A DNA stretch of 64,000 bases from Podarcis liolepis (Eukaryota): NCBI GenBank assembly GCA_965112155.1, contig OZ218100.1. One strand, written 5' to 3'. A program made the position numbers and the translations under genes. Within the stretch, counting starts at the first letter, position 1, and the number at the start of each line of letters is the position of its first letter. The notes beneath the pieces were generated by a model that was given only the letters and a program-made list of their open reading frames with translations, was not told the origin of the DNA and ran no database searches. Shown here piece by piece: positions 25,643-36,986 of the stretch.

Positions 25643-28093
25643 TTTATTATTATTATTCACTTTAACACACCAAAAAAGAAAAAGACATTTATCGGTATAC
25701 ATCAACACAATACAAAAAGAAAAATAATGAACCAAATAATAAGCACATAATGTTAAAATAAAGATGTTCTTTTTCTATAGACCAGACTTCCCGTCCGCTC
25801 CTTACTTCAATTATTCATCATTAATTTGCTGCCAGTACATAACAAGTTATTATTATAATTTAGTAAGTTTTAATCTATCTTAAGTCTTACATTATACTGG
25901 AAACTGCTACTGAAATTATTCAAAAGCTGCAACAGACTTTAAACTACAATAATTATTTTTCAAATAAATTTTGAAGACTTCCCATCTTGATTTTTTCTTG
26001 ATTTTTTCAGACAAGCTGTCTAGTTCCGCGTATTCAGCCAATTTTTGAATCCATTCTAGTCTTGAGGGGACTTTATCACTCTTTCAATTTGACACAATAA
26101 GAACTCTTGCTGCGACTGTGGCCTATAAAAATATATCTCTTACCTTTTTGGGAATGTCTGAATCTGTAATTCCCAAAAGGAAAGCTTCTGCTATTTTTAT
26201 TAAAGGGGATTTTTAATATTTTTTCTAGCTCTAAATGGATATCCTCCCCAAACACCTTAATTTCTTTACACTGCCACCACACATGGTATAGAGTACCTGG
26301 CTTTTCTTTACCTCTCCAGCAATTGCTTGGGATGCTTTTATACATTTTAGAAAGTTTCCAAGGGGTTAAATACCACCAATGTTGCATACCACAGTCTTTA
26401 TTGCATATGTACAAGAAACACCTACAGTTCAGGATTACATGTCCGAACCCGTTGAGTCAGATTCAGGGAGTGGCTTCCTTCAATTCCCGCACCAGCAAAG
26501 TAGATGTGGGAATCATGCAAGACATCTTTGATCCTTACGTTTCACTTCCCTCCTTGTCTGTGCTGAAGCCCCCTGCCTTCCAGAGTCTGAGCTCCCTTCC
26601 CGAGCTTCTGGGCGATTGAAGGGCTCCACAGAATCCCTGAGCCCTTCCTCCTCCTGGCAAATCTCCACCCTCTCTTCTACTTTCTCTACCTCTGGGTGGT
26701 TGAAGGGCTCCACAGCATCCCTGAGCCCCTGCTCCACCTCTTCTGTCACTTGCTCCTCCGAATTCTCCCTGACACCAAGGCACTTTGGGCTCAAACAAAT
26801 TTTTGTTTTTCCCCCAGACCGCAAATAACAATTTCCTGACAATATGGTTTGAGAAATTTCTATGAACTTTAGCTTTCCCATAAACTAAATGCACGTTCCA
26901 TCCCCATCAGTTATCAAAACCCTCCAAGTCTAAGAGGGCCAGGTCTTGCAACGTACACCACTCCTTTAACCAGGTGAAGCAGGCTGCCTCATAATATAAT
27001 TTCAGATCAGGCAGGGAAAAGCCTCCTCTGTCTTTTATATCAATTAAAATTAGATGTTTAATTCTGGGTCTTTTCCCTTGCCATAAAAATTTGGAAATGT
27101 CTTTTTGCCAATTCTTGAGACAGCCCGCTCCACCCAGTATCAGAATCATTTGAAATAAAAATATTTGTTTGGGAAGCACGTTCATATTTATAATGGAAAT
27201 CCTGCCCAGAAACGAAAGCTTCAACCTACTCCAAATCTCAAGATTCCTTTTAATCTCTAACCAAGTTTTCATATAATTGTCCTGGAATAAATTTATATTT
27301 TGGGGGGTAATCCATATGCCTAAATACTTTGCTTTGTGGCATATCTTCAGGCCCAATGTTTTTTCTAAATCTTCCTTCTCCTGTGCTGGTACATTTTTGA
27401 CCAGCAGTTTTGTTTTAGTGATGTTCAGTTTGAAACCTGCCACTTCTCCAAAGTTTTTGATCAATTCTAACACTCTCATCAAACTTTCTTTAGGATTTTC
27501 GGTCATAATAAGTAGGTCATCGGTGAATGCCTTGAGTTTGTATGCTTTATTCCCCAGAGTAATACCTCTGACAAGCTGGTCTTCTCATATCCTGGTATTC
27601 AGGACCTCCATCACTAGAATAAATATCAGTGGTGATTTTCACCAAGTCCAATTTCTTGTATTAATTTTTTCATAAACTTCCAGGAGATGTTATCAAATGC
27701 CTTTTCAGCATCGACCAGCATAATAGCTGCTGGTTTATCAGCTTTATAATTGAAGTATTCTAATGCATTGATCACACATCTGAGATTGGTTTGCATATAA
27801 CGTCCTGGGAGGAACCCGGTTTGATCTTTGTAGATTATTTCTTTCAGAACTGTTTTCAGCTTGTTTGCAATGATGTCAGCAAAAATCTTATAATCGTTAT
27901 TTAACAGGGTGATAGGCCTATAGTTTGCAGTAATTAAGGCTCTGTTCCCTGTTTATGGATGAGGGTGATGAAACTTTCCACAAATTCGGTAGCATTCCAT
28001 TTGTGAGAATATCATTCATTATATCTTTCATATGTAAGAATAGTGATTCTTCTAATTTTTTTTGTAATAAATAGCTGGGAAACCATCAGGACC
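25643..28093 (-). mobile_element. L1 LINE, 5'-truncated and decayed, ORF2 from GPDG through RT to the C-terminus, plus 3' UTR
   Basis: ORF 26907-27506 (FGEVAGFKLNITKT..KYLGIWIT..LSFLGRISIINMNVLPK..FLWQGKRPRI..GGFSLPDLKLYYEA); ORF 26076-26414 (WYLTP..CWR..GTLYHVWWQC); 16-bp TSD TGATCTTG(G/A)GCAACTT at 25627-25642 / 28094-28109. Confidence 0.95.
26430..26774 (-). mobile_element. Partial LTR-like insert inside the L1
   Basis: GC-rich non-L1 block starting TGTCAGG on the minus strand at 26774; internal 29-bp direct repeat TTGAAGGGCTCCACAG(A/C)ATCCCTGAGCCC at 26616 and 26700; left boundary approximate. Confidence 0.6.
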
Positions 28094-28899
28094 TGATCTT
28101 GAGCAACTTAGACTACAATCCTATACAGAACTAGTGAGCTCACAGAACAGGGAATTTCGGACATTGACCCTGTACTTTTGGAACTCTATACAAGATAAGA
28201 TCTGGATGGATCCATTCCTAGTTCCATTCCCTCCTGCATGGCATCTCTGTGAAGTTCATGGAGAAGCACACTTTTGTTTATGCACTAAAGCACAAGTAAC
28301 AGAAATGTGAAAAGCTTCTATATCCAGAGATCATTAGGAGGAGGGGAGGGGGGAAGGATAGCATCTTTGATGGTCCCAAGTAATATAACTCATGCGATCC
28401 ATTTGTCAGTTCTTTACTCCAGAACAGAAGACCTCTGAAGGCACTTATCAGCAAATGATATATTTTTAATTTTTATTATGCCTTATGTTTTACTGCAGGG
28501 AAAGTCAAAAGCACGGGGATTCATTTGCATTACTAAGTGACTTACAGGAAAGCATGTCTGAATATTTCATAAACAAGATATAGGAATTCCAATTCATAAA
28601 AGATGAACTCTTCAAACTGCGACATACTTCTATGAAAAAGACTTTGCAAAATTCTACCCAACAGCATATGCAGCTATCTATGCCCAATAAATAATGAAGT
28701 ACATTCATAATGGCTTAAAATGTAGTAAAGTATAGGATTTATCACTCAATATTTTCATTGCTCTGATCAGTCTGCAACACCTCTAAAATCCTATTTGAGG
28801 AAATAACTTTTCTTAAGTCCCCATGCTGATAATTTTCATACAAGCTAATGAATAAAATAGGAGCCCTGTGATTATATGAGCTGACATAATACAACTGCT

Positions 28900-29055
28900 T
28901 GGCATTTATATAGCATATTTAAAGTGTTCAGAGAACTTTCGAATACATTGTGTCAGTAATCCTTACAATAATCCTGTGAGAAGCCAATATTATTTTCTCC
29001 ATGTCGCTGATAACAGGCCGAGGCTGAATGAACTATAACTTGCCTGAGGTCACTT
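28900..29055 (-). mobile_element. MIR/CORE SINE remnant
   Basis: AATCCTTACAATAATCCTGTGAG...TATTATTTTCTCCAT...GAGGCT...ACTTGCCTGAGGTCAC, typical CORE domain. Confidence 0.65.
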
Positions 29056-30023
29056 GCAGCAAACACTAGAAGTCAGTCCCCTTGACTTCAGTGGGATTTA
29101 CCACTTAGGACTAGAGGGGGAAAGGTACCATAGGCCTCCTGCATAGCTTTCCCAAGAAGACAGTTTCAAGGGTAGGGGCAATTTCAATTAGGAAAATGGT
29201 ATGAATGGAGAAGGTATGAATGGAGAAGGTAAAGTCACCTCTAGAAGCTTCAATCTGCTTAGGTCTCATTCGAGTTCTGCCATTATCGGCTAGTTTTTTT
29301 AAAAAAACATGGGAAATCCTCATGACTAATCTCTCACGGCACATTAGGTTGTATCACTGAACCCATGTGTGGTGGGTGTACATGCAAACATGCACACATT
29401 TGCTTCGGCTACTGTGTTTCTTTGCATGCGAGAGACCTTAACTTGCAGTGAAAGGCCATCTGATTCATTATCTATGAGCTACAATTTTGTATGAAACCAG
29501 TTAACCCTGAGAGAAAGAGAGAGTTTGCGGTCCTGGGCAAAATGAAAGCTACTGCACAAGGCAAATGAGTCATTTCGGAGATCAAGAAAAAGATACAATG
29601 TTGATGTGTGAAAAGAAAGCCGTGGGATTTGATCTGGTAGGCCTGAGTGTCTATAAATTTTGTTACCCTTCTCTTATGAAGTTTTTCAGCTAGGGAGTTT
29701 TGTGGAGTCCGTGCAGTAACTACCCATAGGCATGTAATCTCTCAAATTTGTACAGTATCTCTTCATGTTTCTTCCATGAGTGGAGCAAAATGTTAAGTAT
29801 TGCCATCCTGTGTGCATGATAAATCCCAGTCACTCAGAATCTTATTTGATTAGAAGCTGACTTCACTCCATGACTGCATTCTCAGCAACTCTGTCTCTTT
29901 GTGTGGCTGGGGGAAGTTCTGCCTATTCCTCTCCACAATTCAGCCCATGCCATTGGCAGGCACAGGAATGTTACACTCTCATCTGTATGTTACTGAAGCT
30001 GTTGGTACAATATATGTCCAGTG

Positions 30024-30226
30024 CAGGGCTAGCCCACCCATGAGACAAGGTGAAACGACCACCTCAGGCAGTAGACTCCAGAAGAGCAGCAAGTTCCGAT
30101 GTAGATTTTTCTGTGTGACCCCCCCTCTTGTTCCTGATGTAGATTTTCATTTACTCCTTCCCTGGAGGGAAAGGGGGCACCATTTTGGGGTCTACCTTAG
30201 CTGCCCAAATGCTTGGGCTGGCTCTG
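30024..30226. mobile_element. hAT-type MITE
   Basis: Imperfect TIRs CAGGGCTAGCCCA / TGGGCTGGCTCTG; TSD only 5/8. Confidence 0.6.
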
Positions 30227-30421
30227 ATGCCGTGTATGGGCTAGTTACAAAAATACTGTTTTGTTTTACTTCAATGCAGCTATCATTCATCACGACTGCT
30301 CTACCACCACAAAAGTTTGAATTTCCATGTATTCAGACTAAGGATTTGCGAGGAATTCAATTCAGTTCTCATTTAAAGGCAAACTTACCAAATTCTCCCT
30401 TTTCAAAACAATATGCAAGCC

Positions 30422-30620
30422 CAGAGCCGTCTTTCCTATTGGGCTTACTGGCACGTTGCGCCAGGGCGTTGATCTCTCAGGGGCACCCCGGCTTCCTCCC
30501 CAAGCCTCCGCAGAAGAGCAATCCCCACAGAGGCTTGGGGAAAGGTCGACAACTCTGGGAAAGAGGGGGCGCCGGAGGGATCTTTGAACCATGGCACCAG
30601 ATATGCTTAAGATGGCCCTG
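30422..30620. mobile_element. GC-rich hAT MITE (nested)
   Basis: TIR CAGAGCCGTCTT / AAGATGGCCCTG; TSD TGCAAGCC / TGCAAACT (6/8). Confidence 0.7.
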
Positions 30621-31002
30621 TGCAAACTGAAGCAGACAGCCGTCCTTCAAAATTCACATTTCTCCCAATTTCGCAATGCAGTTCTGCAGCCAAGTAATGT
30701 GCACAAAACTGTGTATACTAGGGCAAAGTTACCGCTCACTCAGTGAAGCAGTGGGCGGGGTTTGCAACCTGATATGTGCTTCCCATGCTAGGGTGACACC
30801 CTCTTTGGTTGCTGGCTGTTGCTCCTCCCCTCTCCCCGGCTACCCAATCAGCTGCCGGCTGGGGGGTGGAGCAAAGACCAGGTAATGCAGGCTCCAGCCG
30901 AAAGTCTGCCTAAAAATGCACACAGTAGTAAAAATAGCATACCAAAAACTCATTATATTAAGGGGAAATGTATGCAAAATGTGTATATTAATCAAAGCTA
31001 CA

Positions 31003-31840
31003 TTACAATGAGCACTCACTCTTTGCTCTGTCGGTGCACTTTGCTGGATTGTGTGTGGTGCTTCAGACCTGGGGAACTTTCCAGTTTGTATGGGCTGGCC
31101 TGCCCCTCAGTGTTATTCTGTGGAGGCTCACACCCAGCCTCAATAGTCAAGTTACACTGCTGGGAGGTGAGGCCAGTCATATAAATAGGGGGTGGAGCCA
31201 GCAGCAACCAGGCAGTCAGCTCAGGAGCTTCACCCACCCAGCCCTCCCTTTGTTTAATGTTTCTTGTTTGCAGGTTAACTTATTCTTCCTATTTAGTGGG
31301 CACTGCTACAGTTTTTGGACTGGTTGCTGTTGAAGAACCAGGAAGAAAATTTCCTAAATTTCCTGCATTGGCAGATTTTGTCTTCCTCATAGCAATTCGT
31401 CACATCTTTGGCGGTTTAAGGCCTTGGGAAGAATCCTTTAGTCTTTTCTTTCTTGAAATTGGGGGGGGGCATGAAGTGATGACTCACCTCCTCCCCCACA
31501 GCAACGATTCCAGGGTCCCCTCTTAAAGGGGTTTGTAAATGGGTGTCTCTGGCCATACACTGAAAGGTTGTCAATGAAATACCCTGCGTGCGGGGAAATG
31601 GGGTGGGCTGCCTGCGTACACATAAGTCTTGCAGAGCACCCCCATTTACCTTGAGGAGCCCCAGTTCCCCCGGCTGGGGGGCTGGGAGGGATACACGCCC
31701 AATGCCTAAGCCAAGGTCTTCTACATTTGAAAGTTTAATAAAGTTGTGGCCAAATTTTAATCCATATCACGTGGTCATGTGTCATTATTACTTGCTGGTG
31801 GTCCATTGGGGGCTGGGGCGGTCGCCGCCTGGTCACGCAA
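31003..31840 (+). mobile_element. Second, more diverged LTR-like repeat ending CACGCAA
   Basis: TATAAATA 31180-31187, CCAATGCCTAAGCCAA 31699-31714, AATAAAGTTGTGGCC 31737-31751, terminal CACGCAA; left boundary approximate. Confidence 0.65.
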
Positions 31841-32955
31841 ATATATTTATCAGGAGAAATTTGCACTAAAATGATGACACATTTTCTTGGTTGTGGAAGT
31901 GTAAAGAACTGAATTTAAGACTGAAAAACAATGAAATTTGGTAAATCATATCTGATAGATTTGTCCATCTCAATTGCAGACCATGGTTTTACAACATGGA
32001 TGGTGGCAGCGTTACTCATACATAAATTGTCCAAGGAGCATCTTTCGGTAGTTCTATGTTGTAAAGTAGGTGTACACTAGAAAGCTTGTTTGTAACAGCA
32101 TCACACTTAACTCAGCCTCAGGTAATTTCATTGTCCTTGGAGCCCTAAGCAGAAAAGAAAAAGAGGAGGTTTATTGAGCCTCATTCATGTGCCTAAGCTT
32201 CATTCATCTTGGGAAGCCTGCCTAAAAAAAACCTGTATTTGTTCAATTGTTTTTAAAAAATATGTGCCCTGTCTCACTTGCAAAATAAATCCAAGGCAAC
32301 AAACAAATCAAGGAAAGCAAAAATAAAAAATATTAACATAACACTAATGAGCAATACCAAGGGACAGCAGTCAAAAATGAAAAAGCTTTCAAATCAAACA
32401 AGGGAAAATATTCAACAGCATACCTTTTTAAATAACCAAGCTTGTAGTAATCTCCTAAAACAGTAAAGAGATCAGGTCTAGTGAAACTCAACTGGCAGAT
32501 CATCCCATAGGGTGGGGAAAAGCTCTGTTTTTAATAGCAACCAGCAGCCAACCGGGCCTCACAGGAGCAATGAATAATACAACGAACAATCTTCTCCCGT
32601 CTCTGAAAATATATGAAATTTTGGTGTTCCCATGCCGAAACACATTGGTTTGAATTCCTGTGAATCAGAGTCTTAGATATACTGGTAGTTAAGGGACTAC
32701 TGGCTTTGGTTGAAGGATAAAATCTAAAATGAAAGCAGTAATTTTGTCTGATTCTGACAGAGCCTACAAAGCTTTTAACAATGAAAGCCTATGCTCGTCT
32801 ACGCAGAAGTAAATCCCACAGGCTTACTCCCAGGTAAGTGGTTACAGGAGTGTAGCCCAAGAATAATAGTTCAAGAGGAAACATATTTAGATTTTTTTAA
32901 AAATGCCTGTTCTTCACTCTTCTGCAGACACTCCCCCCACAGTTCAGCAAACAAG

Positions 32956-33018
<63 letters not shown>

Positions 33019-33020
33019 TC
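32956..33020. repeat. (CTTT)n microsatellite
   Basis: Pure tetranucleotide run. Confidence 0.95.
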
Positions 33021-33359
33021 CATTCCTGTGTCACTGGAACTCATAAGGAACACTCTGGGGAAGTGGCATATGCCTAAGTCAAGTAGCTCTTCTGCATAAA
33101 GGATACTGGCAGTGACCATTTCTGGAAAGGTCTAGGGCAGCTACTCAGCAGTCATTCTTCTTAGACGCCAGGAAGGCTAAGGGCATGACTCCAGCCAAAG
33201 CTAAGTACTTTTCATCTTATTAGCTTCATCGGGAGAAAGTTAAGCACATTCCATTGAAACCAATGGGAGTCAAAAGTACTTAACCTTGTCCAGCTTGTGA
33301 CCTAACTTTCCAGCGAAGGATGTGTATGTATGTGTGTGTGTGTGAATTGTTCATTTTGT

Positions 33360-33731
33360 TTACCCTTCAACATTTCTCTGATGAAAATAGGGACATTCTA
33401 TTCAATAATAAATAAATAAATAAATAAATAAATAAATTATGTCCCACCCATTTGACTGGGTTGCCCCATCCACTCTGGGCGGCTTCCAACATGTATACAA
33501 ACATAACAAAGCATTAAAACATTAAAAAAAAACTTCCTTATACAGGGCTGCCTTCAGATGTTTTCTAAAGGTTGTATAGTTACATATCTCCTTGGCTCTG
33601 GAGTCTCATAACTCCATACTCTCCAACATTTCTCCAGTGAAAATAGGAGCATTCTGGGATCAAATAAAAAGCCAGGAGGGCTTTTGTAAATCCGGCACTG
33701 TCCCTGGAAAATAGGGACACTTGAAGGTCTG
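33360..33731. mobile_element. Composite non-autonomous DNA-transposon-like repeat carrying an L2 3' tail
   Basis: CAACATTTCTC..TGAAAATAGG repeated at ~33368 and ~33624; AAAATAGGGACA near both ends; 33405-33570 resembles the L2 3' end at 20615-20740. Confidence 0.6.
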
Positions 33732-34084
33732 TGTTCATTTGCCTTTCCCAGCAACAAGGAAAGGAACTGATATAAGATCAATAGTTGCTGTAACCAAGCT
33801 CAGATCCACACCAAACATTTAAATCACTCTTATGTCTCTTTCACAGTCATGGCTTCCTCCAAAGTACCCAGAAACTGTGGGTGGAATTCAACATTGCACT
33901 CTTTCCAGTTGTTCTGTCTGCACAAGCATTGCAGCTTCTCAGATGGAACAATTATCCCCCTCTTCCTCCAGCATGCTGCTCTGCAGTTTCTCCTCATGGG
34001 TGTCAGGACACTCTCAAGTGCCAGGTTTGTGACACTCAGTGTATGGTGTGGTTGTGGCCTAAGTTGTATCTGTAGTTGTATCTA

Positions 34085-34309
34085 CAGTGGTACCTCGGGT
34101 TAAGTACTTAATTCATTCCAGAGGTCTGTTCTTAACCTGAAACTGTTCTTAACCTGAAGCACCACTTTAGCTAATGGGGCCTCCTGCTGCTGCCGCACCA
34201 CAAAGCACGATTTCTGTTCTCATCCTGAAGCAAAGTTCTTAACCCAAGTTAATATTTCTGGGTTAGTGGAGACTGTAACCTGAAGCGTATGTAACCCGAG
34301 GTACCACTG
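34085..34309. mobile_element. Tc1/mariner (Tigger/pogo-like) MITE, complete
   Basis: TIR CAGTGGTACCTCGGGTTA / TAACCCGAGGTACCACTG, TA on both sides. Confidence 0.93.
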
Positions 34310-35682
34310 TACTAGTAAAGGAAACACATATTCGTTAGCAATAGATAGCAGTGGCAAGTGTTAACTATTATAGTAATCAATTCACATGTTCACCTTGTTT
34401 CAGTGTTGCAATCTCTGGCTTCAGAATAGCATTTTTTAAAAAGACCTTCCCACCGGCTTACTTCATATTTTTAAAAGTTTGCCTTTTGCTTACTCCTCCA
34501 AAATTTATTTCTCCAATACATACTGATAATGGAAATGCAGCAAAAAGTACTCTGTGAACTCCCAGAAATATGATGGGGCAAGCTGTTTATAAGTATTTCT
34601 TCTGTTGTATTTGTTAGTGGTGCAAAGAAAGGAGGAACTCATGCGGGGTCGGGGGGGACGGAGTGGGATGAGTCGCTTAATGTTTTCTTGGATTTGAAAG
34701 TTTGGCACTTCGAAAGCTATTGCTAATTGAGTTAGGAACACAATCGATGTGTATATTCAAGCACCCAGCAACAGAGACATGTTATGAGCTCTTAAAGAGT
34801 ACTGACGCTATTGTTAGTAGATAAATTATGCATGCTCAATGATAGTCTGCATCTGTTGATTTGCCAAATAGCTAATTAAAATGCTTTAAAGCCATTATGC
34901 TGTTTAAGGCACATTTTGCAATTTCATAAAATGTCATTTATCTGGTGAGAACCAGGGCTTGTTTGGAAAAGCAGTCAATGGAGCATCAGGAATGCTTTCT
35001 CTGCATGCAGATGATTCACGACAGGGGGCTGAGCTCACCTGACCTAACAGCGGACAGCGGGGAGCCGGTGATTTTCCTTGCCTACTACAGAAGCAGTTGG
35101 GGAAAAGGCAAACTCCCATAATGTATTCATCAGGGTTTCTTCTGTTTATATTTACCTAGAAGCTTTTATTTTCCAGCAGATGAAAAATTCAATTATTATG
35201 GGAAGCACTTTATGCACATAAGCAGGTGTGGGGGGGAGCAGACTCTGGTCTTTTAAAAGCCCACAACAAAAGCCCATGTTCACCCAGCACTTTGCATTTT
35301 CAGTCAAAATATCACCAGGCTCATTTGTCCCCCTTTCTAAAGTAGCTGACATCATTTTGCCAGCACCCACGAGCATTTCAGAATGCAAATGCTCCTTCCC
35401 GCTTTGGTCTGTGATGGAAAGCAAGCTTGAGGATTGTGACAAAATTTGTGAACCTCAAAAGAGAGGTCCACCCCATTCCGCAATGAACCGAAAAGAACAA
35501 CCCAATATGAATGAATGTGGAAGGGGTCCGCTACTGGTAGGAAATGAGAACTATGCATAAGTATCAGAGCAAGGGACGGAAGGGGAAGGAAAGGAACCAG
35601 GAAGGCTGGAGCTTGCACACTGTTTGTGAGGAAAGATCATCAATAAGTAAAACCAATAAATAAATAAATAAATGCAGTAACA

Positions 35683-35765
35683 GTGCACTTCTCAGTGCCC
35701 ACTCAGAATTAAGTCCCACTGAGTTCAGTGGGACTTGCACCATAATAAGTGTGTACAGGAGTGGA
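35683..35765. repeat. Short palindromic squamate repeat, one of many decayed copies
   Basis: AAGTCCCACTGA GT TCAGTGGGACTT hairpin core; relatives near 11690, 19665, 23910, 29075, 32790, 39880, 43130, 46240, 49190 and 50335. Confidence 0.7.
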
Positions 35766-36734
35766 GTGTCATTGCTGTTAATATGCAACTTACTTACCAA
35801 ACTGATTTCTAAACAGCTTACAAATACAATTACAAACCTAGAGATCCACACATAATTAAAAATGCTAAAACAATTTCATCAAAACATTAAGATCTATCTC
35901 TCAAATTTGCAACAAACAAGCCCATTAAAACAGCAAAGCAATTAAATCAGTTAAAACATCAATGAAAACAAAAGGTTCAAGTCAGGAGATTGGGGGGAAG
36001 GCACATCTAAACAGGTGCATCTTCAAGAGCCAATAGAATGCCGTATTGGCAGGGTCTCTCATATTTCAGCAAAGGAGAACATTCCTTTCACTGGGTGCAC
36101 CAGTGAAAACATGTGTCCCCCCCATGTTACCACATGCCCTGAGTATCACTTAAATTGTGCTAGTGAAATAGAGAAGGGCTCTTGCTTTAACTTTTTCTCA
36201 GGAAATGTGTCATAAACAGCAGGATGTTTAACATGCCTTTTACTTCTTTAAATTGTCATCATGATCTAGCAAGAGCTACCCACGCTGTGAAAAATGGGTA
36301 TTGACTGTGAGCACCATGCTACTGGATGTGACTTGGGTGCACCAATACAGCTGCACCAAAGTGGAGACAGGGAAATCACTGCACTATGGATACACAGGAA
36401 CCTGCCTTATGCTATTTGTCCATCTAGACAAATGCTACCTAGAGCCAGTGACTCTTGGGGATCTTTCCATCACCTGCTACTTGAGCCTATTAATGCCAGT
36501 GGTTGAAGCTGATGCCTTCTGTGTGCAAAGGACATGCTCCACCACTGAGCTAAGGTTCTTCTCCAGATCCACAGATGGGAGAAAGAAGAGATGGCCACCT
36601 GTGTCAGAACTGATGCTGCTCAGCCCAATTCCCTGCTTTGGAGCATGAGAAAACTGTTCCAAGCAACTCTCTCCTCCATACAAGATCATGGAGAAATTGA
36701 GAGTGCTAACCATCTGTTTGGTTCATAGAGACCA

Positions 36735-36986
36735 TCAGGCAGGGTGGGGCAGTCGGGTACATTTGCCCTGGGCTTCAGAGGACTAAGCCAGCCAGGGGCA
36801 CTGCCAAGGGCCTGATAGACTTACACTGTCCGCCCCAAGCCTCCAGTCTCCCGACTGGAGACTTAATGGGTGAAACAGCCATGGGCAAAACATCCATTTA
36901 CTTCAAGGCTTTGATAGTAAAATTTTGGACCTGTGTTGCTGCATACTAGCCCTGCCATGGGCCTCAAATAAGTTTTGTGCGGGCCC
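36735..36986. mobile_element. Putative decayed hAT-type MITE
   Basis: GC-rich block flanked by the 8-bp direct repeat AGAGACCA (36727-36734 / 36987-36994); TIRs weak. Confidence 0.4.

Larger units (their letters stand above)
30339..31973. mobile_element. Old AT-rich non-autonomous hAT-like element split by three nested insertions
   Basis: Decayed TAGGGATG/CATCCCTA-like ends, degenerate TSD ATTCAGAC / TTGCAGAC; AT-rich host pieces at 30339-30421, 30621-30729, 30901-31002 and 31841-31973. Confidence 0.6.

Noticed and set aside
29899-30630. Longest ORF in the window (243 aa)
   Set aside because: Non-ATG start, runs across two MITEs and a decayed transposon, no recognisable domain
35115-35128. 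14-bp match CCCATAATGTATTC to the U3 repeat of the LTR
   Set aside because: No flanking similarity; treated as chance
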